The notes: generated by a model from the letters alone, not told the origin. Positions 9,996 through 19,632 are shown, counted from the stretch's first letter. The stretch: 64,000 bases of DNA from Candidatus Levyibacteriota bacterium (GCA_030651475.1 JAUSEW010000002.1:19927-83926), one strand, 5' to 3'. Numbers and translations are program-made.

Positions 9996-9999
9996 AAAT

Positions 10000-10353
10000 A
10001 TGATAAAGACGGTAATTAGTTACGAGGATTTTGATAAAGTAGATATTCGGATCGGGAAAATTATAAAAATAGAAGATTTTCCAGAAGCGAAAAAACCTGC
10101 CTTTAAGCTTACTATCGATTTTGGTTCGGAGGTTGGTATAAAAACTTCCAGCGCACAATTTGTTAAAAACCAGACAAAAGAAGATTTGATGGGGAGGAAA
10201 GTTGCATGCGTTGTAAATTTCGCGCCACGACAGATTGGTCCATTCGTATCGGAAGTTCTCACATTGGGTCCTGACGATGGAACAGAAGATGTAAGCAATT
10301 GGGTCGTGTTGACGCCGTTTAAAGACGTGCCAGTGGGAAGGAATGTAAGGTAA
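10000..10353 (+). CDS. tRNA-binding domain protein (CsaA/Trbp111-like), paralog of 5234..5557
   Basis: KVDIRIGKII...FKLTIDFG EMAP-type fold. Internal ATG at 10000 follows the stop of the upstream kinase. Confidence 0.7.
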   Translation: MIKTVISYEDFDKVDIRIGKIIKIEDFPEAKKPAFKLTIDFGSEVGIKTSSAQFVKNQTKEDLMGRKVACVVNFAPRQIGPFVSEVLTLGPDDGTEDVSNWVVLTPFKDVPVGRNVR

Positions 10354-10354
10354 T

Positions 10355-11620
10355 ATGAGATATTCGAAATTATTTGGGAAGACGATTAAGAATGCGCCAA
10401 GTGATGAAGTCGCGGTTAATGCCAAACTCTTAACGAAAGCGGGATTTATTAGAAAAGAAATAGCAGGCGTTTACAATTTCTTACCCCTTGGCTTAAGAGT
10501 GCTTAACAAAATTTCAAACATCGTCCGTGAAGAAATGAATGCGATAGGAGGTCAGGAGTTGGAGCTTACTACTTTGCAAAATAAACAATCATGGGAGAAA
10601 ACAGGAAGATGGAGTTCTTTTGATGTGCTTTTTAAAGCAAAAAGCCAGCTTGATATAGAATACCCTTTAGGTCCTACTCATGAAGAGGTAATCGTGCCTT
10701 TAGCAAAGCAGTTTGTAAATTCCTACAAAGATTTGCCTCTTTACGTTTACCAAATTCAAACGAAATTTAGGGACGAAAAGAGAGCCCAAAGCGGACTTTT
10801 ACGAGGAAGAGAATTTTTAATGAAGGATTTATATTCGTTCCATACGGATGAAAAGGACTTTGAGAAATATTACGAAATCGCGAAAAAAGCCTACAAGAAA
10901 CTTTTCCAAAGATTAGGACTTGACGCCATAGAAACGCAGGCAGGAGGAGGAACTTTCAGCAAATTTTCCCATGAATATCAAGTGGTTGCAGAAGCAGGAG
11001 AAGATGAGATTATCTATTGTCCCGCCTTCGCCAAGGCTTCGGTGGGCAAGCCGGGCTGTCATTTTTCCCAGAATCAAGAGATAGCAGGGGTAAAAGAAAA
11101 TGAATCATGTCCGATTTGTCAGAAAAAACTCGCCAAAGCCAAAGCGATTGAGGTTGGTAATATTTTTCCCTTGAAGACTAAATTTTCGGAAACTTTTGGG
11201 CTTACGTATAAGGGTAAAGACGGCAAAGAAAATCCTGTTGTGATGGGCTGTTATGGCATTGGCATATCAAGATTAATGGGGACGATTGCTGAAGTTTATA
11301 ATGATGAGAAGGGGATTATTTGGCCGAAAAGTGTGGCGCCATATCAAGTGCACTTGATAATGATTAATGATAAAGGATTAAGGATTAAGAAAAGAGCGGA
11401 TGAGGTTTACGAGAAGCTGCAAAAAGCCGGAATTGAAGTTTTGTATGATGACAGAGAAGATGTTTCCGCAGGAGGGAAATTTGCAGACGCGGATTTAATT
11501 GGAATTCCGGTCAGACTTGTTGTTTCAGAAAAGACTGGGGATAAGATAGAGTGGAAGAAAAGAAGCGAAGAAAAAACAGAATTCTTAAGTGAAGAAGAAC
11601 TAATTAGACGCCTAGTTTAA
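10355..11620 (+). CDS. proS: prolyl-tRNA synthetase (bacterial type lacking INS editing domain)
   Basis: Close N-terminal match to E. coli ProRS (GPTHEEVI, YQIQTKFRDE, REFLMKD). Only 421 aa. Confidence 0.9.
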   Translation: MRYSKLFGKTIKNAPSDEVAVNAKLLTKAGFIRKEIAGVYNFLPLGLRVLNKISNIVREEMNAIGGQELELTTLQNKQSWEKTGRWSSFDVLFKAKSQLDIEYPLGPTHEEVIVPLAKQFVNSYKDLPLYVYQIQTKFRDEKRAQSGLLRGREFLMKDLYSFHTDEKDFEKYYEIAKKAYKKLFQRLGLDAIETQAGGGTFSKFSHEYQVVAEAGEDEIIYCPAFAKASVGKPGCHFSQNQEIAGVKENESCPICQKKLAKAKAIEVGNIFPLKTKFSETFGLTYKGKDGKENPVVMGCYGIGISRLMGTIAEVYNDEKGIIWPKSVAPYQVHLIMINDKGLRIKKRADEVYEKLQKAGIEVLYDDREDVSAGGKFADADLIGIPVRLVVSEKTGDKIEWKKRSEEKTEFLSEEELIRRLV

Positions 11621-11951
11621 GTTTCCACTGCTTGACTTTTTGCCTAGCGTCTGCTGCAACTTCAGCAACAAGCTGTTCTGGCGTAAGAGTTTTTTGTCTT
11701 GCAATTTCTTCTAGAACTGAATCTGCAATGATTGAATGATTCGATGCGACGAATGACGGAGGCAATGGTAATGTGGCGGATCTAATTTGTTTTTCTTTGT
11801 ATTTTTCTATATCCTCCGGAGAAATGTTGCCCGAAAGCATTCTTAATACAGAAGCTTCTTCCGCGATTGTATGACCTCTCATGATATCTCTTACCTTTTC
11901 AGCAAAAGTTTTCCTTACATTACTAACTACTGGTCCTAATTCTATTGTCAT
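11604..11951 (-). CDS. hypothetical protein
   Basis: 115-aa ORF. Confidence 0.35.
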   Translation of the reverse strand: MTIELGPVVSNVRKTFAEKVRDIMRGHTIAEEASVLRMLSGNISPEDIEKYKEKQIRSATLPLPPSFVASNHSIIADSVLEEIARQKTLTPEQLVAEVAADARQKVKQWKLKLGV

Positions 11952-12042
11952 AGAAAATTCCTAAGGTAGATAAAATATCTATTACTTTATTAACAGAAAT
12001 TAGTTTAAAAGTCAAGATGTTGAGCTAATATTATTTTGATAT

Positions 12043-12381
12043 TTAGGGTGCGAAGGGGAGTTTGAAATTGAAGATTTTAACCCACGCAAGCGCATAGATA
12101 ATAACGAAAGTAAATCCTCCCAAAATCCATACCATGGGTGAAATATGTCCATGCGGTTTGACTGAAATAGCTTGAGTTTGGATTTGGGGAGCAGTTGGCA
12201 CTTGCGGCATTTGAGGTTTCGGACTTTCAGGTTGAGGGATTGAGGCAACGGGTGTTGGCATCACCAGTTTAGGCGGAACAGGAGAAGCTTGCGGGCTTGA
12301 GGCAACAGAAGTTCCCATGACCCGTTCGTAAACTTCTTTAAGCTTGGGATCCAGTTGCCCAAATTGCTGCTTGTAATCCAT
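12043..12381 (-). CDS. proline-rich tail-anchored membrane protein
   Basis: Pro/Gln-rich low-complexity region and C-terminal hydrophobic helix. Confidence 0.45.
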   Translation of the reverse strand: MDYKQQFGQLDPKLKEVYERVMGTSVASSPQASPVPPKLVMPTPVASIPQPESPKPQMPQVPTAPQIQTQAISVKPHGHISPMVWILGGFTFVIIYALAWVKIFNFKLPFAP

Positions 12382-12488
12382 AAAATTCCCTCTATTTAAT
12401 AGTAGTTGCCTCGTACTTTATTTGTCAAGTAGTCAGCAAGTTAAGAGTCGATTATTGAATAGGGTTTGGGGATAGAGTATACTAGCTG

Positions 12489-13412
12489 TTGAGTGTAAAT
12501 CGAAACATGAAGATTATAGTTACCCACAGCTCGCCGGATTTAGATGCAATTACCTCTGTCTGGCTGATTAAGAAATTTTTGCAGGGATGGGAAAATGCGA
12601 ATGTTCAGTTCGTGCCGGCAGGAGAAAGACTTGAGAGCTCGGGGCAGCCGCCTCTCACAGCTATAGAAATAATAAATGGAAATGAGGTTGTGCATGTGGA
12701 TACCGGCTTAGGGCCTTTGGATCATCATCAAACCTTGTCAGATGCGGTTTGCGGAGCAAGCCTGACGTGGGATTACGTCAAGACGCATAGCGCAGAATTC
12801 AAATTTGAAAATTCCGATAGAACAAAACAAAAGATTGAAGCGATTTCAAGAATTGTCAGAGTGGTGGTTGAGATAGATCACTTTAAGGAAGTTTTCTGGA
12901 GCGATCCAACGGCTGATTATCACGAATTTGGCTTGGAAGGAATTTTGGACGGTTTGAAGTTGCAAAAACCCGATCAAGACGAATATTATGTGGAATTTAT
13001 TAGTAATTGTCTGGATGCGCTTTTGCATAATTTCGAGAATAGAATTTGGGCAGAAAGAGAAATAAAAGAGAACGGGCAGATATTTGAAACCAGTTTTGGC
13101 AAAGGCATCGGATTTGAGACGATCAATGACGATGTTATCAAGCTTGCCCAAAAAATGGGTTATGTAATAGTTCTGCGAAAAGACCCGCGCAAAGGCTATG
13201 TTCGGATAAAAGCGCTTCCCAAAGCTGAAAATAAGAAAGAAAGCATAGATTTGACGCTTGCCTATGAAAAACTTAGGAAAATGGATCCGGATGCGACTTG
13301 GTTTCTGCATATTTCCAAAAAAATGCTTCTGAATGGTTCTGTAAAAAATCCCAAAATGCGGCCGACAAAATTAAGCTTAAGTGATATAATAAAGGTGTTA
13401 AAAGAGATTTAA
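12489..13412 (+). CDS. DHH family phosphoesterase (NrnA-like)
   Basis: HSSPDLDAITS (DxD) and LDHHQT (DHH) motifs, ~300 aa. Confidence 0.65.
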   Translation: MSVNRNMKIIVTHSSPDLDAITSVWLIKKFLQGWENANVQFVPAGERLESSGQPPLTAIEIINGNEVVHVDTGLGPLDHHQTLSDAVCGASLTWDYVKTHSAEFKFENSDRTKQKIEAISRIVRVVVEIDHFKEVFWSDPTADYHEFGLEGILDGLKLQKPDQDEYYVEFISNCLDALLHNFENRIWAEREIKENGQIFETSFGKGIGFETINDDVIKLAQKMGYVIVLRKDPRKGYVRIKALPKAENKKESIDLTLAYEKLRKMDPDATWFLHISKKMLLNGSVKNPKMRPTKLSLSDIIKVLKEI

Positions 13413-13729
13413 TGAACTGTATTTTTTGCAAAATAAGAGACAGAGAGATTCCGAAAGAATTTACTTATGAAGATGAAGATATTATGGTTTTTCCGGACAT
13501 TAATCCATTAAAACCGATACATCTTTTGGTTATGCCAAAAAAGCACCTGAAGGACTTTTTGGATCTTAAAGATAAGACGCTTTTAGAAAAAATTAAAAAT
13601 ATTATACAAAAAATGATCAAAGAACAAAAACTTGAAGATAAAGGATACCGTTTGGTTATTAATGGCGGAGGAACACAAATAGTAGATCATTTACATGTCC
13701 ATTTGGTTGGACCGTTGGGAGGTGTTTAA
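13412..13729 (+). CDS. HIT family protein
   Basis: C-terminal DHLHVHLVG histidine triad. Confidence 0.8.
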   Translation: MNCIFCKIRDREIPKEFTYEDEDIMVFPDINPLKPIHLLVMPKKHLKDFLDLKDKTLLEKIKNIIQKMIKEQKLEDKGYRLVINGGGTQIVDHLHVHLVGPLGGV

Positions 13730-13732
13730 TTT

Positions 13733-13915
13733 ATGGTAGTTGTTAGAAAAATGCCGGGGGACAGCGATGACGCGCTTATCAGAAAATTTTCCAGAAAAGT
13801 TATCAATGAGGGAATTCTTCAAGAAGCGAAAAGGCGCGCATTTTATCTAAAGCCTTCTTTGGCTCGTAAACAGAAAATACAGGATGCAAGAAGAGCTAAG
13901 AAGATTTGGAGCTAA
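13733..13915 (+). CDS. rpsU: 30S ribosomal protein S21
   Basis: 60 aa, basic, ..FYLKPSLARKQK.. S21 signature. Confidence 0.8.
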   Translation: MVVVRKMPGDSDDALIRKFSRKVINEGILQEAKRRAFYLKPSLARKQKIQDARRAKKIWS

Positions 13916-13919
13916 CTTT

Positions 13920-14306
13920 ATGGACAATATACAAGTCCCAATTTTTGTGGAAAGCAGATATAAAGTTAACAGAAGAAAGATAAAAGAAGCTGTTAATAAG
14001 GTGTTGGGCAAACAGGAAATTACAGGACCGGTTGAGGTTTCTGTGGCTATTGTCGGAGATAGGAAGATGAGGACACTTAGCCGTAAGTACAAAAACGAAG
14101 ATAAAACCAGAAATGTTTTGTCATTTTCTCTAATGGAAGGAGAATCGACACGTATTCCCGATGACATTCTTAGGCTTGGCGATATAATTATTTCTTACCC
14201 GGTAGTGATAAAAGAGGCGTCCAAAGAAGAGATGCTGGTGGATGATAAAGTAAGTCAGCTTGTTGAACACGGGCTAATGCATCTTTTGGGAATTAATCAC
14301 GAGTAA
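13920..14306 (+). CDS. ybeY: rRNA maturation RNase YbeY
   Basis: C-terminal HGLMHLLGINHE metal-binding motif. Start taken at MDNIQ to avoid overlap with rpsU. Confidence 0.8.
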   Translation: MDNIQVPIFVESRYKVNRRKIKEAVNKVLGKQEITGPVEVSVAIVGDRKMRTLSRKYKNEDKTRNVLSFSLMEGESTRIPDDILRLGDIIISYPVVIKEASKEEMLVDDKVSQLVEHGLMHLLGINHE

Positions 14307-14363
14307 TATTTTCGATTACTAGTTAACGGATTAACGAGTTAACGAATAATTGGATAATTAATT

Positions 14364-15833
14364 ATGGTATACTACCGAAAATACCGTCCCCAAACAATTA
14401 ATGAACTCGATAGTAAGGCTGTCAGGCAGACCTTATTGGATGTTTTGTCCGGTAAGGAAATTCCCCATGCGTTTCTATTTACAGGACCAAAAGGACTGGG
14501 TAAAACTTCCACTGCGAGAATTGTGGCGAAAGTAGTTAACTGCGAAAAGAAAAAAAACGATATTGAGCCTTGTAATAAATGCGATCAATGTAGGTCAATA
14601 TCCAACGGCACCAATATGGATATTTTGGAGATTGACGGAGCATCCAACCGGGGAATAGATGAGATAAGGGATTTGAGGGAAAAAGTCAGGCTTTCAGCGC
14701 TTAGGGCAAAAAAGAAGGTTTACATAATCGATGAGGTGCACATGCTAACAACAGAAGCATTCAATGCTCTTCTCAAAACTTTGGAAGAGCCGCCAAGTCA
14801 CGTGATGTTTATTCTCTGCACTACAGAACCGCACAAAGTTCCGGCAACTATAGCTTCCCGATGTTTTCACATCGCTTTTAGAAAAGCAGAGCCGTTGGAG
14901 CTTGTCAGATCGTTTAAAAGAATTGCTAAGAAAGAAAAATTAAATATCGACATGGAGGCTTTGGAGCTTATCGCAAGCCTTTCCGATGGAAGTTTTAGGG
15001 ATGGAGTAAAAATTTTGGAAGAGGTGGTGGGTTTTGCCGGACGAAAGAAAATTACCAAAAAACTCATTGAAGAAAGATATCAAATATCGAATTTAGAACA
15101 CCAAGTTTCTCAAATGATTAAATTTCTGGAAGAGAGAAATACGGCTTCGGCTCTTAAATTAATAAGCGAACTTACGAAACAAGGTTTGGATATGAAATAT
15201 CTGTTGGAACAGATTATTGAAAAGTTGCATTCATTGCTTCTTGCTAGAGCCGGCGTAACCAAAGAAGCCAAAATCTTGGATAGCAATTTGCAGATAGGGG
15301 AGATTAAGGGATTGGTGGAATTGCTGGTAAAAGCCCATCAGGAATTAAAATATGCGATTTTGCCCCAACTGCCGCTTGAAATGGTAATAATTGAATGGGG
15401 AGGCAAAAAAGAAAGAACCGACAATCTGTCGCACATTGCAAATGACGCTCAAAACACTGTTTCTAAAATCCAGTCAAAAACTCCTTCGCTAAGTGAACGC
15501 CAACAGCAAAATTTAACAGAAAATTCAAAGGTTAATCAGTCGGCGTTCAGTTCATTTGCAAGTGAACAGCTAGTCGGTTCTTCAAAAAGAGAGGGCAAGA
15601 GCGATTTTTGGACGAAATTCATAGAAAAGGTCAGACCGTATAATCATTCGGTGGCTGGAGTTTTGCGCGGCTGTTCCTTGAAAGATTATAGCGGAGATAA
15701 GCTTGTGATTGAGACCAAATTCAAATTCCACAAAGAGCGTTTGGATGAAAGAAAAGTTAGGGATATCTTGGAAAAAGCAACGGAAGATATAACAGGCAAA
15801 AAAGTTCAAGTGTCGGTTATATTAAAAAATTAA
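14364..15833 (+). CDS. dnaX: DNA polymerase III subunit gamma/tau
   Basis: MVYYRKYRPQT N-terminus, GPKGLGKTS Walker A and zinc CxxC module. Confidence 0.9.
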   Translation: MVYYRKYRPQTINELDSKAVRQTLLDVLSGKEIPHAFLFTGPKGLGKTSTARIVAKVVNCEKKKNDIEPCNKCDQCRSISNGTNMDILEIDGASNRGIDEIRDLREKVRLSALRAKKKVYIIDEVHMLTTEAFNALLKTLEEPPSHVMFILCTTEPHKVPATIASRCFHIAFRKAEPLELVRSFKRIAKKEKLNIDMEALELIASLSDGSFRDGVKILEEVVGFAGRKKITKKLIEERYQISNLEHQVSQMIKFLEERNTASALKLISELTKQGLDMKYLLEQIIEKLHSLLLARAGVTKEAKILDSNLQIGEIKGLVELLVKAHQELKYAILPQLPLEMVIIEWGGKKERTDNLSHIANDAQNTVSKIQSKTPSLSERQQQNLTENSKVNQSAFSSFASEQLVGSSKREGKSDFWTKFIEKVRPYNHSVAGVLRGCSLKDYSGDKLVIETKFKFHKERLDERKVRDILEKATEDITGKKVQVSVILKN

Positions 15834-15852
15834 AAAAGGGGGGTGAGGATTT

Positions 15853-16137
15853 ATGTTTAATCCGTTCAAACAAATTGGGGATATCAAAAAAATGCGGGAT
15901 CAGGCAATGGCGATTCAAAGAGAGCTTCAGGCTGAAGAAATAGCAGTTGAGAGAAACGGAGTGGCGATTTTGATAACAGGGGACCAGAAAATAATAAACC
16001 TTGCTTCCAACGGCCGTTCGGATGAAGATGTCAAAGAAGCGGTAAATGAAGCGATTAAAAAAGCCCAGGAAGTTGCAGCCCGCAAACTTTCGCAAATGGG
16101 TGGAGGGTTGGGGGGATTATTAGGAGGAGGGAACTAA
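15853..16137 (+). CDS. ybaB: nucleoid-associated protein YbaB/EbfC
   Basis: 94 aa with YbaB-like pattern, in the typical position downstream of dnaX. Confidence 0.7.
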   Translation: MFNPFKQIGDIKKMRDQAMAIQRELQAEEIAVERNGVAILITGDQKIINLASNGRSDEDVKEAVNEAIKKAQEVAARKLSQMGGGLGGLLGGGN

Positions 16138-16140
16138 AAT

Positions 16141-16491
16141 ATGCCAGAAAATAAGCCAGGAGCAGATGCTTTATTTGTTCTTAAGCCAAAAGATGGTAAT
16201 CCAAAGGAAGAATTCAAGAAAGTCATGAAGGGTTTCAATAGCGGAAAGCGAACCGAACGGAAACAGGCAAATAAGCGACTTGTAGAAGAGGCACGAAGGA
16301 TTGGGTTCATGGGTATACTTGGGCCAAGAGAGCGAAAGGCCTTAGATCTTAGATTCCCGGAAGAGGGGGAAGAAGATATAACGCAAAAGGAGTGTGGCAA
16401 ATATTTTGGAGTCAGCCCGACCAGAGTACAACAGATCGAAGCAAAAGCTTTAGCCAAGCTTAGAGTCGCTAGTCGAAAATCTGCAGGATAA
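16141..16491 (+). CDS. stand-alone sigma-70 region 4-like HTH protein
   Basis: LGPRERKALDLRF ... YFGVSPTRVQQIEAKALAKLR matches sigma region 4.2. Confidence 0.6.
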   Translation: MPENKPGADALFVLKPKDGNPKEEFKKVMKGFNSGKRTERKQANKRLVEEARRIGFMGILGPRERKALDLRFPEEGEEDITQKECGKYFGVSPTRVQQIEAKALAKLRVASRKSAG

Positions 16492-16539
16492 ACGCCTTAA
16501 TCCTTATTGATAAGCGCATTTTACAATAGTAGAATAGGG

Positions 16540-16570
16540 TTATGACCCTTCGACTTCGCTCAGGGTCATA
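16540..16570. repeat. palindromic element (family 1) in prs 5' region
   Basis: TTATGACCCTTCGACTTCGCTCAGGGTCATA lies after a TTGATA-17-TAGAAT promoter. Confidence 0.7.
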
Positions 16571-16586
16571 GTGAGGTATTCGAACT

Positions 16587-17507
16587 ATGAAGATATTTAG
16601 CGGAACTTCCAATGAGCCTTTGGCTAAGAAAATCGCGGAAGGCTTAAGACTTACCTTGTCTCCTTTGGAAATCCACGTTTTCCCTGACGGCGAAAAAAGA
16701 ATAAGGGTATTGGATGAAGTTGTGGAAGAAAATTGCATAGTTATCCAAAGCACATCTCCAAACGTTAATGAGAATTACATCGAGCTTTTCTTTATCGTGG
16801 ACGCTTTGAAGCGAAGCGGAGCAAAGTCTGTGATAGCGGTTATTCCGTATCTTGGTTATCAAAGGCAGGATCATGTATTTCGAGAAGGAGAGGCAGTTTC
16901 CATAGAGGTGATGATAAAAACTTTACAGGCGTCCGGAGTAGATAAAATTATAACTTTTGATCTTCATTCCATAAAAATTCCAGAGTTTTTCGCAATTCCC
17001 ATAGCTCATTTATCTGCTTTGCCGCTTTTTGCCGAAAAAATAAGGGTGATATCGGAAGAAGGCGCGTTATCAGGAGCATCACCAATTCTAATCTCTCCGG
17101 ATATGGGAGGAATAAGAAGGATAAAATTGCTTTCGGAGCTTTTGGGAGATATGCCGTATGCGAGCATAGAAAAGGATAGGAATTTAAAAACAGGAGAAAT
17201 TAAAATCAAAAATATTCATGTAGCGCCGAACATCAATCTCAAAGGACGTTTCGCCTTTATCGTGGATGACATGATTGCAAGCGGGGGAACTATAGACAAA
17301 GCAGTAAATTTCCTAAAGAAAAAAGGACTAGCGAAGGTTTGGATTTTCGCAACACATGCGATTTTTGCCGAAAATGCGAAATTGATTTTGAAAAAGATAA
17401 AAGCAGAAAAAATATACGTTACCAACAGCGTTTTTATCCCTAAAGAAAAACAATTTCCCAAGCTCCAGATCCTTTCAATCGCCAGAATAGTAATTGAGAA
17501 TTTATGA
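16587..17507 (+). CDS. prs: ribose-phosphate pyrophosphokinase
   Basis: PRPP synthetase N-terminal domain and DDMIASGGT PRPP-binding motif. Confidence 0.9.
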   Translation: MKIFSGTSNEPLAKKIAEGLRLTLSPLEIHVFPDGEKRIRVLDEVVEENCIVIQSTSPNVNENYIELFFIVDALKRSGAKSVIAVIPYLGYQRQDHVFREGEAVSIEVMIKTLQASGVDKIITFDLHSIKIPEFFAIPIAHLSALPLFAEKIRVISEEGALSGASPILISPDMGGIRRIKLLSELLGDMPYASIEKDRNLKTGEIKIKNIHVAPNINLKGRFAFIVDDMIASGGTIDKAVNFLKKKGLAKVWIFATHAIFAENAKLILKKIKAEKIYVTNSVFIPKEKQFPKLQILSIARIVIENL

Positions 17508-18118
17508 AAATCCCAAAAGCCATACAAAACCTTATAGAGGCATTCGAGAGATTGCCGGGAATTGGACCTAAAACTGCGCAGCGGCTTACATTTTATCTTT
17601 TGCACGTTCCGCAAGGCGAATTGGATAAGTTTGCATCTTCAATTCAAAGCTTAAAAAAAGAAACAGTTATTTGTTCATCCTGTTTTTCAATTGGAGAAAG
17701 TAACCCGTGCGATATATGTTCGGATCAGGCAAGAGATGCTTCAACTATCTGTGTGGTGGAGGAGCCATTGGACATTATCGCTTTGGAAAAAAACGGACAG
17801 TACAAAGGGCTTTACCATGTGCTTCATGGAAGGATAGATCCGCTTAATAATATCGGGCCGGATGAAATTTATATAAAACAGTTATTGGATAGGATAAAAA
17901 ATTCTAAAAACGGAAAAGGGATAAAAGAAGTAATCTTAGCCACGAACCCGACCATGGAAGGCGAGGGGACAGCGATGTATATTGCAAAACAGCTAAGATC
18001 TCAAAACGCAAACTTCAAAATTACTAGGATTGGGCGGGGACTGCCGGTCGGAGCAGATATAGAATACGCTGATGAAGTAACGCTCCAAAGAGCAATGGAA
18101 GGCCGAAGCGAATATTAA
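17504..18118 (+). CDS. recR: recombination protein RecR
   Basis: LPGIGPKTAQR HhH, C4 zinc finger and Toprim region. Confidence 0.9.
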   Translation: MKIPKAIQNLIEAFERLPGIGPKTAQRLTFYLLHVPQGELDKFASSIQSLKKETVICSSCFSIGESNPCDICSDQARDASTICVVEEPLDIIALEKNGQYKGLYHVLHGRIDPLNNIGPDEIYIKQLLDRIKNSKNGKGIKEVILATNPTMEGEGTAMYIAKQLRSQNANFKITRIGRGLPVGADIEYADEVTLQRAMEGRSEY

Positions 18119-18999
18119 GCTTTTTGTAAAACGGCTGGAACGTAAATTTCCCAAGGCCCAATACCTCTTTTTCTTGCTGCTTCAGCGGTAAGTCCGACTA
18201 CTGCGTTACCGTTTGCCGTCTTTGCATAGTAGCCTAAATTGTCAGTAAGCGTCGTTAGATTAAATGCTTCAGAAACATTTAGTGATTTTCCAAAATATGC
18301 CCTGCGTTCATTAAATCTAACCATCAATGCGTTATCGTGAGGGGAACGTATCATATTATCCTTCTCTCGTACTGCTTTCTGCATTTCAGGGGTTATAAAA
18401 GCAGCGGTTTTGTAAGGACGCTTTTTGTACGTCGGAAGAGAGGTCACTAATTGAGAACGAAGATTCCAAGAGGTATCCCAGTCATCGTTTAAATAAGGCG
18501 GACATTCACTATAGGGCATAGATACATTTAATTCTGTAAGACGGTTACCTTCAGTTAGGTCATAAGTAACAGCAACAACTCTATTTTGGATCACACCGGC
18601 AATTCTGATGAGAGAGGGAAAGAATTCCCCTTTTCCATTACGAATTTTTATTTGTCTTGCAATTTCCAAGGTAGCAGCTGCATCGTCTAAATGGTTATTT
18701 ATAAAAGCCTCTTTTTGACTAGGACGTTTGCCTAAAACTAGTAATGGTAGCGTGTCTTCGGAGGGGTTGGCGGGGATCCACTTTATTGACTCTAATTTCA
18801 TGTCTTTGATTAAGGAATCTGGAATCTTTACGCCCGCGTTTACAATAAGAAAAAGCTCGACTGCCGCAAAAGCTGATGGTCGATCTTTGTGTACTGGAGC
18901 AGTTTCAAGTAAACTAGAAAGATAAGATTCCCCTATCCTTTTTCTTCCTGCTGCATCTGGTGAGTAAAGAGTACCTCTCTCTAAAGGTTGTCCTGCCAT
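18115..18999 (-). CDS. hypothetical protein (294 aa)
   Basis: Long ORF, GC-richer than neighbours, no recognisable motifs. Divergent from the TrpR-like regulator. Confidence 0.5.
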   Translation of the reverse strand: MAGQPLERGTLYSPDAAGRKRIGESYLSSLLETAPVHKDRPSAFAAVELFLIVNAGVKIPDSLIKDMKLESIKWIPANPSEDTLPLLVLGKRPSQKEAFINNHLDDAAATLEIARQIKIRNGKGEFFPSLIRIAGVIQNRVVAVTYDLTEGNRLTELNVSMPYSECPPYLNDDWDTSWNLRSQLVTSLPTYKKRPYKTAAFITPEMQKAVREKDNMIRSPHDNALMVRFNERRAYFGKSLNVSEAFNLTTLTDNLGYYAKTANGNAVVGLTAEAARKRGIGPWEIYVPAVLQKA

Positions 19000-19155
19000 A
19001 GGCTTGCTTTATATCATATTGCTTTCAGTTTGTCAAAAAAATGAGAGCTTGGATTAGTTTTTGGCAACTTCCTTTGCTCTTTCGTTCAAATGCCCCAGAT
19101 AAAAAATCGTAGACATTCGTAGGTATTATTACATATTGTTGATATTGACAAGTCA

Positions 19156-19179
19156 CTTTAATAATATATATTATTAAAG
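19156..19179. promoter_or_regulatory. 24-bp perfect AT palindrome overlapping the -10 region and abutting the start codon of the TrpR-like gene
   Basis: CTTTAATAATATATATTATTAAAG, with TTGACA at 19145-19150. ATG at 19181, so the transcript is leaderless. Confidence 0.6.
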
Positions 19180-19180
19180 T

Positions 19181-19624
19181 ATGACACAGATTTCTAAATA
19201 CCCTGTTCATAAAAAAGTTGAAGAGAGAATGTTTGAGGTTCTTCGAGAAACAATCTCTCATCTAAATAACGCAGAAGACATAGAAGATTTTCTAACCGAT
19301 TTCCTTTCTCCTGTTGAAAAGATTATGTTGGCAAAACGGCTTTCTATTGCCATTCTCTTGCATAAGGGATATAAATATGGAACTATAGCGGAAATATTAA
19401 GGGTTACGCCTCCAACAATTGCGACAGTCAGCTTATTGCTTAGATATTCCGGTAAGGGTTACAGAAAGGCTGTAGGGAAAATAGCGGCAAACGAAAAAAT
19501 GAATCTATTTTGGGAAAAAGTGGAGGATATGCTATCTAAAATACCTAATTCAAAAGGGAGCGATTGGGTATATCAGAAGAGAGAATACGAGAGAAAGAAA
19601 AGCGTCCGCAAAAAAGCTTTTTAG
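19181..19624 (+). CDS. TrpR-like DNA-binding protein (YerC/YecD family)
   Basis: LSPVEKIMLAKRLSIAILL and GYKYGTIAEILRVTPPTIATVS helix-turn-helix. Confidence 0.7.
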   Translation: MTQISKYPVHKKVEERMFEVLRETISHLNNAEDIEDFLTDFLSPVEKIMLAKRLSIAILLHKGYKYGTIAEILRVTPPTIATVSLLLRYSGKGYRKAVGKIAANEKMNLFWEKVEDMLSKIPNSKGSDWVYQKREYERKKSVRKKAF

Positions 19625-19632
19625 AATACTCA

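Noticed and set aside
9886-9999. Upstream extension of the second CsaA-like ORF overlapping the kinase gene
   Set aside because: The internal ATG at 10000 lies right after the kinase stop codon, and the tRNA-binding domain starts there.
13884-13919. Upstream extension of ybeY overlapping rpsU (ORF track start 13884)
   Set aside because: The conserved YbeY region begins after the internal Met at 13920. The extension overlaps the S21 C-terminus in another frame.
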